Source: Betaproteobacteria bacterium | GTDB taxonomy: Bacteria > Pseudomonadota > Gammaproteobacteria > Burkholderiales > SG8-39 | DNA: 64,000 bases | Direction: 5' to 3' | Assembly (NCBI GenBank): GCA_005881575.1 | Contig: VBCA01000001.1 | Span: 21,611 to 85,610, forward strand | Shown: positions 62,789 through 64,000 of the stretch, in pieces | How the letters are laid out: the number at the start of each line of letters is the position of its first letter | Position numbering within the stretch: position 1 is the stretch's first letter | Translations under genes and position numbers: made by a program | The notes under the pieces: generated by a model | Databases searched by the model: none | Told to the model about the DNA's origin: nothing | Seen by the model: only the letters and a program-made list of their open reading frames with translations

Positions 62789-64000
62789 TCAATACAGCAT
62801 GCCGACGACCGAGCCCGCGACACAGGTCGCGAGCGTTCCGGAGAGGATCGTCTTTCCGCCGAGCGACACGATCTCGTCCCGGCGCTCCGGGGCCATGGTC
62901 GCCAGTCCCCCGATCATGATGCCGAGGCTGCCGAAATTGGCGAAGCCGCACAGCGCATAGGTCATCATGAGTCGGCTGCGCGGGCTGAGGGCGCTCTCGG
63001 GGAGCCTCGCGAGATCGACGTAGGCGAGCAATTCGTTGAGCACGGTCTTCGTACCCATCAACGCGCCCGCTGCCGTCGCCTCCGCCCACGGAATGCCCAT
63101 GATCCATACAAGAGGCGCCAATGCGATGCCGAACAGCCGCTGCAGCGTAACCGGGGCTCCCGCGATCTCCGGAAGCAGCGCGAGAACCTGGTTGGCGAGG
63201 CTGACCAGCGACACCAGTACCAGCAGCATCGCGACGATGTTGACGAGGAGCTGCGCCCCGTCGACCGTCCCGCGGGTCACCGCGTCCATGCTCGAGGTCG
63301 CGGCCTGCGATGCGAGCTTTCCCTCGGTGGCCGACGCCTTCCCCGGAACCATCAGCACCGAGATCGCGATCGCCGCCGGAGTGCTGATGATCGACGCGAT
63401 CAGGATGTGCCCCAGCGCGTCGGGAATCACCTTCGAAAGGATGCTCGCATAGAGCGCCATCACGGTGCCGGCGACGGTCGCCATGCCGCAGCTCATGAGA
63501 ATGAACAGCTCACCGCGGCTCATGTTCCGGATGTAGGGCTTGACGATCAGCGGGGCCTCGACCATGCCGACGAACACGTTCGCCGCGGAGGACAAGCCGA
63601 TCGCGCCGCCGACGCCCATCGTCTTCTCCAGGACGAGCGAAAAACCCCTCACGATCCAGGGCAGCACCCGCCAATGGAACAGCAGCGCCGACAAGGCGCT
63701 CACCACGAGCACGAGGGGCAGCGCCCGGAACGCGAGCACGAAGCTCGCACCGGGATAGGTTTCGGCGAAAGGCAGCGGTCCGCCCCCGAGAAAGCCGAAC
63801 ACGAACGCGGTCCCGTCCCGGGTCGCTTTCTCGAGCGCGTCGAGCGCGCCGTTCAAGGCGAGAAAAGCGCCCTTGGCGTAGGGCGCCTTCAACAGCACCA
63901 GTCCCAGCCCGAAGGTCAGCAGCATGCCGGCGATGACCGGCCGCCAAACGATGGTTCTGCGGTCTTCGCTCAGAGCCCAGGCGATGGCATGCAGGAGGAA
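62789..64000 (-). CDS. NupC/CNT-family nucleoside transporter (5' end beyond the window edge)
   Basis: The track ORF 62789..63925 continues in frame upstream to the window end (...FLLHAIAWALSEDRRTIVWRPVIAGMLLTF...). CNT motifs are present (FVFGFLGG, GELFILMSCGMATVAGTVM). Confidence 0.8.
   Translation of the reverse strand, partial: FLLHAIAWALSEDRRTIVWRPVIAGMLLTFGLGLVLLKAPYAKGAFLALNGALDALEKATRDGTAFVFGFLGGGPLPFAETYPGASFVLAFRALPLVLVVSALSALLFHWRVLPWIVRGFSLVLEKTMGVGGAIGLSSAANVFVGMVEAPLIVKPYIRNMSRGELFILMSCGMATVAGTVMALYASILSKVIPDALGHILIASIISTPAAIAISVLMVPGKASATEGKLASQAATSSMDAVTRGTVDGAQLLVNIVAMLLVLVSLVSLANQVLALLPEIAGAPVTLQRLFGIALAPLVWIMGIPWAEATAAGALMGTKTVLNELLAYVDLARLPESALSPRSRLMMTYALCGFANFGSLGIMIGGLATMAPERRDEIVSLGGKTILSGTLATCVAGSVVGMLY

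Noticed and set aside
1-64000. The whole window was searched for tRNA, rRNA, CRISPR arrays, transposase and integrase genes.
   Set aside because: No tRNA-like T-arm or acceptor pattern was recognised, no rRNA-like conserved stretch, and no regularly spaced repeats. No ORF carried transposase (DDE) or tyrosine/serine recombinase motifs. This was a by-eye scan, so small RNAs could have been missed.

Overview
This is a high-GC (roughly 65-70% by eye) chromosomal segment, probably from a betaproteobacterium; that taxon is only an inference from gene content and Tat-signal TRAP binding proteins. About 60 densely packed genes can be supported. Most of the other long ORFs in the track are out-of-frame or antisense shadows, as expected in GC-rich DNA.

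Core content, in order:
- A partial YheT-like alpha/beta hydrolase, an amidase and a 2-hydroxyacid dehydrogenase.
- Two paralogous TRAP transporter operons in P-Q-M order on the minus strand, each with an intrinsic terminator directly after the binding-protein gene.
- An ArsB/NhaD-type permease.
- An otsA-otsB-GH15-ROK kinase trehalose operon.
- lutC-like plus pntAA/pntAB/pntB.
- A small accessory block (cupin, AhpD-like, methyltransferase, DUF1801).
- An osmoprotectant-type binding-protein/permease fusion coupled to an exporter-type ABC protein.
- glcD-(beta-barrel gene)-glcE-glcF plus hyi and an MFS transporter.
- sulP plus an SGNH lipoprotein.
- vapBC.
- A cluster resembling the radical-SAM/Cys-rich ('selenodomain', ArsS-like) cluster.
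- A PduO-type adenosyltransferase, tctA with a long tctB, a cNMP-binding protein, a UbiA/GT-C pair, DAHP synthase, an orphan AAA+ ATPase, alaS, a TPR-methyltransferase and a partial NupC-family transporter.

No rRNA, tRNA or CRISPR array was seen.

Most noteworthy observations:
1. A ~3-kb island of ~40% GC at 36.5-39.3 kb encodes two membrane-anchored SGNH/GDSL-like proteins. It is bracketed by 56-bp direct repeats that duplicate the 5' end of sulP, and it carries no mobility gene.
2. An integron-like cassette array without an integrase (CALIN-like) lies at 25.1-26.3 kb, with three attC-like sites directly after small lower-GC ORFs.
3. The conserved but functionally unresolved radical-SAM/Cys-rich cluster (transferase 1, transferase 2, DedA-flavoprotein fusion, metallophosphoesterase) sits next to an oxidoreductase of the type found fused to SelD, and is interrupted by vapBC.
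4. There are several unusual domain fusions or gene couplings: TM2-DctQ, a sensor-anchored OtsA, an importer permease coupled to an exporter ABC, and a beta-barrel gene inside glcDEF.
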